In this document: positions 43,044-58,489 of the stretch, one piece after another
How the letters are laid out: each line of letters opens with the position of its first letter
How positions within the stretch are numbered: position 1 is the stretch's first letter
Assembly (NCBI GenBank): GCA_012518415.1
Contig: JAAYSH010000035.1
Coordinates: 934-64,933, forward strand
From: Erysipelotrichaceae bacterium
GTDB lineage: Bacteria; Bacillota_I; Bacilli_A; RFN20; CAG-826
Direction of reading: 5' to 3'
DNA: 64,000 nucleotides
Position numbers and translations under genes: made by a program
The notes under the pieces: generated by a model
The model's input: only the letters and a program-made list of their open reading frames with translations
Databases searched by the model: none
What the model was told of the DNA's origin: nothing

Positions 43044-43352
43044 CTATAGTCTGAACTCGATATCAACTCCGCTCGGTAAATCGAAACGTCTTAAGTTGTC
43101 AACTGTTTCTCTTGTCGGATTGATGATATCGACCAATCGTTTGTGTGTTCTAATTTCGAATTGTTCCCGCGATTTTTTGTATTTATGCGGTGAACGAATA
43201 ACCGTATATACTTCTTTATCCGTCGGGAGCGGAATGGGACCTACGATTGTCGCCCCTGTTCTTTCGGCTTGCTCAATGATCTTCGCGACTGTTGCATCAA
43301 GTAGTCGGTGATCATATGATTTCAAGCGAACCCGAAGTCTTTCTTGTTTTGC
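43044..43352 (-). CDS. rpsJ: 30S ribosomal protein S10
   Basis: [20 protein letters not shown]...PLPT...[14 protein letters not shown]. The listed 151-aa ORF is over-extended upstream; start set at MAKQ. Confidence 0.93.
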   Translation of the reverse strand, partial: AKQERLRVRLKSYDHRLLDATVAKIIEQAERTGATIVGPIPLPTDKEVYTVIRSPHKYKKSREQFEIRTHKRLVDIINPTRETVDNLRRFDLPSGVDIEFRL

Positions 43353-43508
43353 CATGAACTTAATTCCTCCTAACACATGGATTGACCGTTGCTCTTTGCG
43401 AATTACCGGCCGCCCTTCATGACAACCCGTGTGGGCGTGTCCGCAACCTCGCAGTTCAATACAACAGACAACGGTATAAACCATACAATTAAGTAGCAAT
43501 TAAGTCAA
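43353..43508 (-). promoter_or_regulatory. S10 operon promoter (TTGACT-17 nt-TATGGT on the minus strand, 43480-43508) and a GC-rich structured 5' leader
   Basis: Minus strand reads CTTGACTTAATTGCTACTTAATTGTATGGTTT. A ~130-nt leader has locally high GC (CGAGGTTGCGGACACGCCCACACGGGTTGTCATGAAGGGCGGCCGG) in an AT-rich genome. Confidence 0.4.
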
Positions 43509-43874
43509 GTAAATTCGCTCATTTGTTCGATTTAAGTTTTAGGAGTTTTTTAGACTGTTTTTTGATCTAAGCGAGGAAATAGTCGTAGTTATTGTCAAAA
43601 CATCGTGCAAAAAGGGCGATTTACCGCCCTAAATTGCCTCGCGCGCGTATATACGTGCGCCTAATATAAGGTTGAACCAAAAAACATTTTACAATTTCTT
43701 TACAATTGCTTCGCCTTAATCTTTCGATTTAGTTTTTACTAATGTAAGTAAATTCGGTTTTAATAACCTAATAAATCAGCGCATTTTTGCGCGTTTTTTT
43801 TTAAAAGTTTTGGTTGTTTTGCTTATAAATTAACCTTTTTGTTTAAATATATCTTGTCCAACCAGCATATAGTT

Positions 43875-44642
43875 CTAGTTTTTCTTCCGTAGAAGATGGT
43901 AGGTTTCATCCCACTTTAAAGTTGTAGCTTCATCCATAAACCAACCCTTAAAAATATATCCTTCTCGTTTTGGGGGTTTAGGATTAACATAGATGTTGTA
44001 TTTAATGTCTTCTCCAATTAGATCAATCCAATATACGTTTGAATTTGGAGCGTGTTCATAATTAAAATAGTAAACCACATTGGCTGGGGTTAAAGCAGGA
44101 TTAACATACTCGTTTCTATCCACCAATTCACCATAATACTTCGGAGGAACAATCGTTGAAGAAGGCGTATAAAGGGAACTTCTATGATAAATTTTTTCAG
44201 GCTCACGTTTCTCAGAAGGAATAAGTACTAACTCATTTATATTTCTGGTACTAACCGAGTCACTAAACAACGTTTCAACTGTATAGGGAATATAAATTTT
44301 ATCAAGATGTTTACTACTAAATATAACGTTTGGAGTTATAGAAAACAAAGAACGTTTTGCGCCAATAACCCTTACCGGAAAACTATCAACATGACTTGGT
44401 ATCTCCAACATTCTTTGCAATTTACCTAAATCAGTAACTCCATAAACAGTAGCGAAAGCCTCTTTAGAATCTTCGGTATTATTGGCCGTAATCTCTAAAT
44501 ATTTAGTTGAGTACGATATATATTTACCCTCTCTTTCGAACTTTCTTATTTCACACTCTGCAAGGTATGTTGTAGTTAGTAATAATGATGGTATTAATAT
44601 CATTCGAGAGATTGTTTTATTATGTACTCTCATTTTTTTCAC
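43875..44642 (-). CDS. Secreted/surface protein with a BspA-type LRR-like middle region and a C-terminal Flg_new (Listeria-Bacteroides repeat)-like motif
   Basis: N-terminal signal peptide (MILIPSLLLTTTYLAEC). The C-terminus REGYIFKGWFMDEATTLKWDETY matches the G-Y-x-F-x-G-W...W pattern of Flg_new. IP..V..F repeats are present. Confidence 0.45.
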   Translation of the reverse strand: MKKMRVHNKTISRMILIPSLLLTTTYLAECEIRKFEREGKYISYSTKYLEITANNTEDSKEAFATVYGVTDLGKLQRMLEIPSHVDSFPVRVIGAKRSLFSITPNVIFSSKHLDKIYIPYTVETLFSDSVSTRNINELVLIPSEKREPEKIYHRSSLYTPSSTIVPPKYYGELVDRNEYVNPALTPANVVYYFNYEHAPNSNVYWIDLIGEDIKYNIYVNPKPPKREGYIFKGWFMDEATTLKWDETYHLLRKKN

Positions 44643-44814
44643 CTCATTTAAACAAAAACGGCTAATTAATTATTAGGAAAAAAATCTGCCAAATAATGTT
44701 TTCTTCTTCTTTGTTAATTTAAGTACAAACTAACTAGGCCTTAATCGCAAACCATTTTTTAAAAAAACACCAAAAAAAACACTAATATGCTAATTTGTTT
44801 TAAAAACTAGTTCA

Positions 44815-45490
44815 TTATCTATTTTTTAGTTCTTCAGCTTTTTGTTTGGCTAATGCAGCTTCATTTCTTTTTTGACCGTCTTTATATGTATAAATACAGC
44901 CGCAGTAGTTTTGATTATATAGTTCAAACTCTTTTGTGAGTTGGTCTTTTACTATTTGTCCATTTCCCTTTTTAAAATCACTATAAAAATATTTTGTTTT
45001 TGGAAATAACGATGCAAGTTTTTCACCAATTTCATTTAGTTTTATCGCATCTTTTTGTCTAGATATACTCATTACAGTTGTAAAGTACTCAAAGCCATTT
45101 TCTTGTGCGAACGCAAATGCTTCTTTCATTCGGTTTTCAAAACATATATGGCATCTTTTTCCGCCTTCTTTTTCATCCGCGTATGGACTTAGTACTTCTT
45201 TTTGATACGTCTCATCATAGGCGAAAGCAACCAAATTAATTTTATGACCGTATTTTCTCTCAAACTTTTTAAGCATCTCTTCTAAAGTCCATAATCTTCG
45301 TTGCCATTCACTTTTTGGAAAAATATTTGAGTTATTATATGTAAGTGTTACTTCAAAGATTTCTGCAAGTGCAAGTAGCGGTCCGCTTGTACACGGCCCG
45401 CAGCAAACATGTAGCAATAAACTTGGCTTTTTGCCGCTTTGTTTAATCTTTGCTATTTCTTCTTGTTGTAGTTTAAAATATTTTCTTTTA

Positions 45491-45513
<23 letters not shown>
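44815..45513 (-). CDS. queH: Epoxyqueuosine reductase QueH (DUF208)
   Basis: LLLHVCCGPCTSGP Cys cluster plus a later CHICF...C pair; directly downstream of queA-tgt. Confidence 0.7.
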
Positions 45514-48163
<2,650 letters not shown>

Positions 48164-48209
48164 ATCTTGTTTTGATCATGGTGGTTAGGCAAGCAACACC
48201 AACTACTTT

Positions 48210-49637
48210 CTAATATTTTTTTATTTGTTCACTAACTATTTGATTGACTACTGCAGGATTAGCTTTCCCGCGTGTTTTTTTCATAACTTGCCCAACTAAA
48301 TAGCCTAGTGCGCGATCTTTGCCGCCTTTATAATCTTCAATTGATTGCGGATTTGCCCGTAATATTTCCTCAACCAACGGAATTAATACACTTTCATCAC
48401 TAATTTGCATCATGTTTTTTGCATTAGCAATTACTTGAGGGTCACGTTTGTCTTCTAACATAATTTTGAACAAATCTCTCCCTTGTTTGTTAGAAATTTG
48501 CCCGCTTTCAATTAAGTTAACTAAACTTGCAAGTCTTGCAGGTTTGATTGGAAGCTTGTTAATATCTACTTGATGTTCGTTAAGATATGATAACACTTCT
48601 CCATTCATCCAGTTTGCAAGTGTTTTATAATGTGTTGTTAACTTTGCTGCTTCATCAAAATAAAGTGCATCAGCCTTATTTTGCAAAATAATATTTGCAT
48701 CATACTCACTTAATCCGAGTTTTTCGATGTAGCGGTTTCTTTTTAAACTAGCGGATTCAGGAGCGTTTTCAATAGCACTTTTAATAAACTCATCACTTAA
48801 ATGAATAATTGGGATATCGGCTTCTGGGAAATACCGATAGTCGACATCTTCATCTTTTCGCCGCATTGATATCGTTGCTCGCGTGGCGTCATCATAGCGC
48901 CGAGTTTCGGCAATAACCGCTTTTCCTTTAAGTAGTTGTTTAGCTTGACGATTAATTTCGTATTCAATCGCTTTACCAACATTTGCGATACTATTTAAGT
49001 TTTTAATTTCAACTTTTGTACCAAACTTTTCTTCTCCGTGAAGACGCAAAGATATATTCACATCGCAACGTAGCGACCCCTCTTCCATTTTGCCATCACT
49101 TACATCTTTATAAACGACAATTTCACGAATTGCTTCAATAAATTTCATTGCCTCATTCGCAGAGCGGAGCTCTGGATGGGAAACGATTTCAATTAAAGGG
49201 ATACCTGCGCGGTTATAGTCAATTAATGTATATTCATCTTCATGATGTTGCGCAGCGGTGTCTTCTTCTAAATGTAGTCTTTCAATCCCAATCCGTTTTA
49301 TTTCGTTATTGTCTTTTAATTCTATATACCCATTAGCACCAATCGGTCGGCGAGCTTGAGTTATTTGATACCCTTTAGCAAGGTCAGGATAAAAATAATT
49401 TTTCCGGTCAAAATGTAGTTCGCTATCAATTTCCATATTTAGTGCATCTGCAGTAATAATTGCATTAATAACTGCTTGTTTGTTTACTAGAGGTAGTGTG
49501 CCAGGAAAACCAATATCTACTAACGACACCCTTGTGTTTGGTGAGGCTTCAAAAGAGATTTCTGAAGCAGAAAACATTTTTGTTTTTGTTTTCATTGCAA
49601 CATGAAGTTCTAATCCGATAACTGCTTCAAAATTCAT
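48210..49637 (-). CDS. gatB: Asp-tRNA(Asn)/Glu-tRNA(Gln) amidotransferase subunit B
   Basis: MNFEAVIGLELHV N-terminal signature; 475 aa; gatCAB order. Confidence 0.95.
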   Translation of the reverse strand: MNFEAVIGLELHVAMKTKTKMFSASEISFEASPNTRVSLVDIGFPGTLPLVNKQAVINAIITADALNMEIDSELHFDRKNYFYPDLAKGYQITQARRPIGANGYIELKDNNEIKRIGIERLHLEEDTAAQHHEDEYTLIDYNRAGIPLIEIVSHPELRSANEAMKFIEAIREIVVYKDVSDGKMEEGSLRCDVNISLRLHGEEKFGTKVEIKNLNSIANVGKAIEYEINRQAKQLLKGKAVIAETRRYDDATRATISMRRKDEDVDYRYFPEADIPIIHLSDEFIKSAIENAPESASLKRNRYIEKLGLSEYDANIILQNKADALYFDEAAKLTTHYKTLANWMNGEVLSYLNEHQVDINKLPIKPARLASLVNLIESGQISNKQGRDLFKIMLEDKRDPQVIANAKNMMQISDESVLIPLVEEILRANPQSIEDYKGGKDRALGYLVGQVMKKTRGKANPAVVNQIVSEQIKKY

Positions 49638-51100
49638 TGCTTCTTCCTCCGATTAGCAAATAAGTTAAATTGTCCCGTTATATTTTCAACACCTTGAGCG
49701 ATTTGAAAAAGTTTTGCTTCTTCAAATGGCTTCACCGTTAAGTTTATGCCTAAGGGTAAGTTATATTTGAATCCTAACGGAAGCGTAATTGATGGAAATC
49801 CTCCTAAATTTGCCGCTCCTAAATGATTACTAATAATCATTTCATCACTTGAAGGAGTGCTTCGATTACTTGCATCACTTATTGTTGGGGCGACATCTTT
49901 TGTTGCGGGAACATAAATAACATCATATTCTTCTAAAATTTTACTATACGCATCAACGATTAAGCGTCTTACTTTGAGGGCGCTATCGTAGTAGTGCTCG
50001 CGGTTATTTTTATTTAAAGCGTATGCTCCAAATACCATTCTTTCCTTAATCTGGTCGGAAAATGATTCGCTTCGTGACTTAATCATAATTTCCTCATACG
50101 TTGCACCTTCGCTTTGCTTTCCGTATTTAATTCCGTCTAATCTTGCATTGTTGCTTGAAGCCTCAGCACACGAAATAATATAGTATGTTGGGAAAAGTGC
50201 TTCGAGTAGCTTTTTATCAATGTTTATACGGTTTATAATTGCACCTGCTTTTTCTAATTCACCGAGGTTTTGCAGCATAAACTCCTGGTATTTCTTATCT
50301 GCGAGTTCAAACACTTCATTAATAACCGCAATTTTTATACCAGACAAGCCGTTATTAATTCGGGCGGTATAATCTTCTAGTGGACGCTTTGCTGAGCTTA
50401 AATCTTTTTCATCATGGCCAGCAAGTAAGTTTAATGCAAGTGCGGCATCAAGTGTCGATCTTGTAAAATAACCTACATGATCTAGTGATGAGGCAAAAGT
50501 AAATAAACCATACCGAGATATTCTCCCCCAAGTTGGCTTAAATCCTACCAGGCCAGCATGTCCTGCAGGTTTTCTAATGCTATCTCCTGTATCACTTGCA
50601 AGTGAAAACGGAACAATCCCAGCTGCGACCGCGGCCGCAGACCCTCCAGAAGAGCCTCCAATAATTCTCTTCTTGCTTTCATCCCAAGGATTATATATTG
50701 TTCCTTTTTTGCCGGTTAGGCCCGAACCTCCCATTCCGAGCTCATCCATTGTTGTTTTGCCAAGAATTATTGCTTTTGCTTCCTTTAATTTACTAACAAC
50801 CGTCGCATCAAACAAAGGAATATATCCTTCTAAGACTTGCGAACTTGCGGTTGTTTCAATACCTTTAGTTGAAATATTATCTTTAATTAAAATTGGAATT
50901 CCCCAGAAAACATTACCCTCTTCTGGCTCGGTTAACTTTTCTGCTTCTAAAAGGGCATTAGCAAAATTATCGGCTTCTAAGACATTATTTTTATCCTTCT
51001 TTAAAAGTTTAATCGCTGCCTCAGTTAATTGTAAGGGTGTGACTTCTTTAGCGACTAAAGCCTTATGCATCTCAAAAATTGTTAAATTAATATATTCCAT
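49634..51100 (-). CDS. gatA: Glutamyl-tRNA(Gln) amidotransferase subunit A
   Basis: Amidase signature GGSSGGSAAAVAAG; 488 aa. Its TGA stop overlaps the gatB ATG (ATGA). Confidence 0.95.
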   Translation of the reverse strand: MEYINLTIFEMHKALVAKEVTPLQLTEAAIKLLKKDKNNVLEADNFANALLEAEKLTEPEEGNVFWGIPILIKDNISTKGIETTASSQVLEGYIPLFDATVVSKLKEAKAIILGKTTMDELGMGGSGLTGKKGTIYNPWDESKKRIIGGSSGGSAAAVAAGIVPFSLASDTGDSIRKPAGHAGLVGFKPTWGRISRYGLFTFASSLDHVGYFTRSTLDAALALNLLAGHDEKDLSSAKRPLEDYTARINNGLSGIKIAVINEVFELADKKYQEFMLQNLGELEKAGAIINRINIDKKLLEALFPTYYIISCAEASSNNARLDGIKYGKQSEGATYEEIMIKSRSESFSDQIKERMVFGAYALNKNNREHYYDSALKVRRLIVDAYSKILEEYDVIYVPATKDVAPTISDASNRSTPSSDEMIISNHLGAANLGGFPSITLPLGFKYNLPLGINLTVKPFEEAKLFQIAQGVENITGQFNLFANRRKKQ

Positions 51101-51393
51101 TACCGAATCACCTTTGAGATTTTAACTTGTCCTTCTTCACTTTCGCCAACATTTGCTAAAACTTCATCGGTTGCTAAATGCTCTCCTACTTCATCTTCGC
51201 GTAAACCGACATCTTCAAGCGGGAAAGGATAATTCATTGGCATTGCTTCACCAAATCCTTCTAAATCTTTAAATTTGCCCACATATTCGTTTAACCAATT
51301 AATGTCTTCTTCGACATGCTTATAGTGTTTCTTTTTTAATTCAAGCATAATTGAGTTTGCAATTTTTTCTAACAACTTTCTATCTACTTCCAT
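51100..51393 (-). CDS. gatC: Glutamyl-tRNA(Gln) amidotransferase subunit C
   Basis: 97 aa; directly upstream of gatA. Confidence 0.85.
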   Translation of the reverse strand: MEVDRKLLEKIANSIMLELKKKHYKHVEEDINWLNEYVGKFKDLEGFGEAMPMNYPFPLEDVGLREDEVGEHLATDEVLANVGESEEGQVKISKVIR

Positions 51394-51395
51394 AA

Positions 51396-55588
<4,193 letters not shown>

Positions 55589-55676
55589 TAACTCACCTCA
55601 AATTATGCTAGGTATATTTTACCATAATAAAGAGGCTCCTACCCCTTGCATTCATTGTTATTTTTATTATTTTTAA

Positions 55677-56126
55677 TTAATTATTTTTTGAAGAAATATA
55701 TTGTAAAATCGCACTCGCACCAACTATAGAATTAATAAGTTCGTTATTTTCAATAATGAGTAAAGTTGGTACACCTTCGATGATAACATGAGGGATAAAT
55801 TCACTAGTTAGCATTGCTTTTGCCTTTTTATAATTAACTAGATAATGCGGCCTGTTCTCAAGAAATTCACTAATTTCACTCGCAATACTTCCGCAATAGC
55901 CGCATGTTTCACTATAAATATAAACATAGTAAAAATATTGTTCTTGATTAAGAATCTCATCTAACCCAATTTCTTGAATAGTTGATGTATAAGAACTAGG
56001 CGAAGTTACCAAAACCGTATGTGATTGTTCACTTTCATAGTGTTTGCTTGGCACAATGCTATAACCCACACCAATTTCAACCGCGATTAAAAGTATCGTT
56101 CCAAATTTAATTAAGTTGTGTTTCAT
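55677..56126 (-). CDS. Membrane-anchored thioredoxin-fold protein (CxxC)
   Basis: N-terminal TM followed by a YSETCGYCGS active-site-like CxxC; 149 aa. Confidence 0.6.
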   Translation of the reverse strand: MKHNLIKFGTILLIAVEIGVGYSIVPSKHYESEQSHTVLVTSPSSYTSTIQEIGLDEILNQEQYFYYVYIYSETCGYCGSIASEISEFLENRPHYLVNYKKAKAMLTSEFIPHVIIEGVPTLLIIENNELINSIVGASAILQYISSKNN

Positions 56127-56189
56127 ATTATTAAATAGGAGATAAAAACGAGTTAGCGTTTGTTTTATTTAACATGGTAAAATAAGTAC

Positions 56190-57080
56190 ATGAGAAAACG
56201 AGTAACATTAATAGAAAACATTACTTTTATGGCAATCATTGCTGCGTTTTATGCGATTGCGTCTTTAATCGTATCGTTTGTCCCGGCCTTATCGCTATTA
56301 TTCATGCTCGTATTGCCACTTCTTTCTGTACTTGTTGTATTATACTGTGAAAATAAATATTTAATCATTTATTTTATCGCTGCTTTAGTATTATCACTTA
56401 TTGCTTCCATTCATAATTTGTATGTTTCCTTCTTTTATTTAATTCCTGCTCTTATAACTGGAATTGTAATGGGTTTATTAATTAAGGCGAAAGTTACTTC
56501 TTCGCTTGTTTTTTTACTAACATCTTTCATTCAAGTTGGAATTAGTTTTCTTGGCATCGTCTTTATTCGCTGGATTTATGAAATCGATATCGTTAACTCG
56601 ATTTTGAGTTTGCTAAATTTAACCGCGCATCCACATAAGTTAACAATTGTTTCCGTATTTATTTTGTTAATGGCCTATGCCCAAACTGCTTTATCACTCA
56701 TAATTGTTGAAGATGAGTTACCAAAGCTTAACTTAGAAATTAATAATGAATATATTCCGTATACTTCGCTTATTAGCTTAAGTTTATACATTATCGGTGC
56801 TCTTATCTTAGCTTTTTATCCTCCGATTGCCTACATACTCGTTTTTGTATATATATATTTAAGTTTAACTTCTTTATTATTTATATATAAAAATGAGCAG
56901 ATCGGTAAAAAGTTGTTAATTACCGGTTTTGCGCTTTTTGTCGTTTCATTTTTTGCTAGTAGTGTTTTGCTAGATTCTATTTATGTGCCCTTTGTATTTG
57001 GTATAATATTTATACCTTCCGACACTTATTTAGTAGTAAAATATATTAAAACGTGTCGAAAGCGCCGAAAGGATCGTTAA
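56190..57080 (+). CDS. Polytopic membrane protein (~8 TM), unknown function; first gene of a plus-strand three-gene operon
   Basis: 296-aa hydrophobic ORF with no recognisable motif; basic C-terminus (KTCRKRRKDR). Confidence 0.5.
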   Translation: MRKRVTLIENITFMAIIAAFYAIASLIVSFVPALSLLFMLVLPLLSVLVVLYCENKYLIIYFIAALVLSLIASIHNLYVSFFYLIPALITGIVMGLLIKAKVTSSLVFLLTSFIQVGISFLGIVFIRWIYEIDIVNSILSLLNLTAHPHKLTIVSVFILLMAYAQTALSLIIVEDELPKLNLEINNEYIPYTSLISLSLYIIGALILAFYPPIAYILVFVYIYLSLTSLLFIYKNEQIGKKLLITGFALFVVSFFASSVLLDSIYVPFVFGIIFIPSDTYLVVKYIKTCRKRRKDR

Positions 57081-57607
57081 TGTTAAAGTCATTTTTTAAA
57101 CGGATTGGAATTGGTTTGCTTACTGTTTTAGGGCTGCCATTTTTTCTCGCTATTTTATTATTAGGACTTGTTTACACAATAATTACCTGGATAATTATGT
57201 TCTTTTGGGCGATTGGGCGCTTCTTCTCAGGGAAAAAAGTATTTGGTCCGACTGGGCGCGATATCCAAGCAGCAAGAATTTTAAAGCGGAGGCTCCAAAA
57301 AGAGCAAGATGAGTTAGACGCTCCAAAAGAACCGCAGCAAACACTTAATATTCAAAATGCGATTTTTTACCAAGGCCCGCAAGCAAATATCCCGCAGGAT
57401 TTCGCTCAACATCAAGCACTTGGTTCTCAAGATGAACCTCAATACATCGAAGAAAATGAAACAAGCGGATATATTACTACAAGTGAACAAGATGAACATG
57501 AAATTATTGACCCTAACGATTTCGTCGAGTCCGAAGTTTATTCAAACGAAGATGAAATAGATTTATACAATGATGAAGATGATGGAGGTTTTTCAAGTGA
57601 TAATTAA
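57080..57607 (+). CDS. Membrane protein with 2 TMs and a ~100-aa acidic, disordered C-terminal tail
   Basis: Start chosen at the ATG overlapping the upstream TAA (TAATG) with an AAAGGA RBS. The listed ORF from 57053 is probably over-extended. The tail is rich in D/E/Q. Confidence 0.5.
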   Translation: MLKSFFKRIGIGLLTVLGLPFFLAILLLGLVYTIITWIIMFFWAIGRFFSGKKVFGPTGRDIQAARILKRRLQKEQDELDAPKEPQQTLNIQNAIFYQGPQANIPQDFAQHQALGSQDEPQYIEENETSGYITTSEQDEHEIIDPNDFVESEVYSNEDEIDLYNDEDDGGFSSDN

Positions 57608-58283
57608 TCCTCTTATTTTAAACAATGCAAACCAAAGAGAAATATGGCGGATTATCCTCGTTATTTTCATTTTCTTGTTAATTATTTTAGCCCTTTTCTC
57701 ATTAATTTTTGATTTAGTTAAAGCGATTATGATTAGGCAAGGACGAAAAATTGATGGGGCAATGATCAACTTAACTGACACTGGGTTAATTGAAGGACAA
57801 AGTGATTACCGGAAAACAGCCCGAAGAAAAAGTCGGATGATGTTATTTAAAGCAATGATGATACCGATATTATTAATTGTTACTGGTTTAATTATCCACT
57901 TCACTTATACTACAATTATTGGTCGCGCAATTAATTTATGGGATTATGAAAGGGAAGGATTTCGAACAATTATGTATGTTCATGATTGGTCAAATATTCC
58001 ACGAGTAAAAGTGTTTGGTGTTAGTGTCATCTCCGACTGGCCGGCTTTATTAAATAAGCCCCACTTTGAAGTTGAGGCAATTGTAAGTTATATCGTCTTA
58101 CCGCTTTATGTTATTGGTGGAATTTGTTTACTAGTCACAACCCAGGCACATATCGCAAGATTTATCCGTATTGAATACTTAATTAAAGAGCACTATGAAA
58201 GTGATATATCAAAAAAGCAGCTCTATGATACTAGTGCTGCTAGTTATGAGTATCGTGAAAGTGAAGACACTCTCGAACAATAG
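57597..58283 (+). CDS. Membrane protein (3 predicted TM), unknown function; third gene of the operon
   Basis: Probable GTG start, 9 nt after a GGAGG, overlapping the previous gene's end. The alternative ATG at 57570 has no SD. Confidence 0.5.
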   Translation: MIINPLILNNANQREIWRIILVIFIFLLIILALFSLIFDLVKAIMIRQGRKIDGAMINLTDTGLIEGQSDYRKTARRKSRMMLFKAMMIPILLIVTGLIIHFTYTTIIGRAINLWDYEREGFRTIMYVHDWSNIPRVKVFGVSVISDWPALLNKPHFEVEAIVSYIVLPLYVIGGICLLVTTQAHIARFIRIEYLIKEHYESDISKKQLYDTSAASYEYRESEDTLEQ

Positions 58284-58308
58284 ATAACCGTACCGGTTAT
58301 CTTTTTTT
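58283..58308 (+). terminator. Rho-independent terminator of the plus-strand membrane operon
   Basis: GATAACCG-TAC-CGGTTATC 8-bp stem immediately followed by T7. Confidence 0.7.
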
Positions 58309-58477
58309 ATTTTGTTAATAAATCATTAACTAATAAAACAACTTGAATCGCAATAAAAATAACAAGCGCGATATCAACGCCGATTACAAAATATGTGAGG
58401 CGTTTTCTTTTTAATTGTTCCCGCTCCTCAGCTGTTAAATTATCAACGATTTGATATTTGCGTTTATTGTTGTTCAT
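58307..58477 (-). CDS. Hypothetical small single-TM protein (56 aa), immediately upstream of asnS
   Basis: Hand translation gives MNNNKRKYQIVDNLTAEEREQLKRKRLTYFVIGVDIALVIFIAIQVVLLVNDLLTK. No clear RBS. It is convergent with the terminator above. Confidence 0.25.
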   Translation of the reverse strand: MNNNKRKYQIVDNLTAEEREQLKRKRLTYFVIGVDIALVIFIAIQVVLLVNDLLTK

Positions 58478-58489
58478 TACTGTATTCCT

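Noticed and set aside
43640-43660. Near-palindrome GCGCGCGTATATACGTGCGC
   Set aside because: Short, with one mismatch. It could be an operator, but there is no adjacent regulator gene or second copy, so it was not called.
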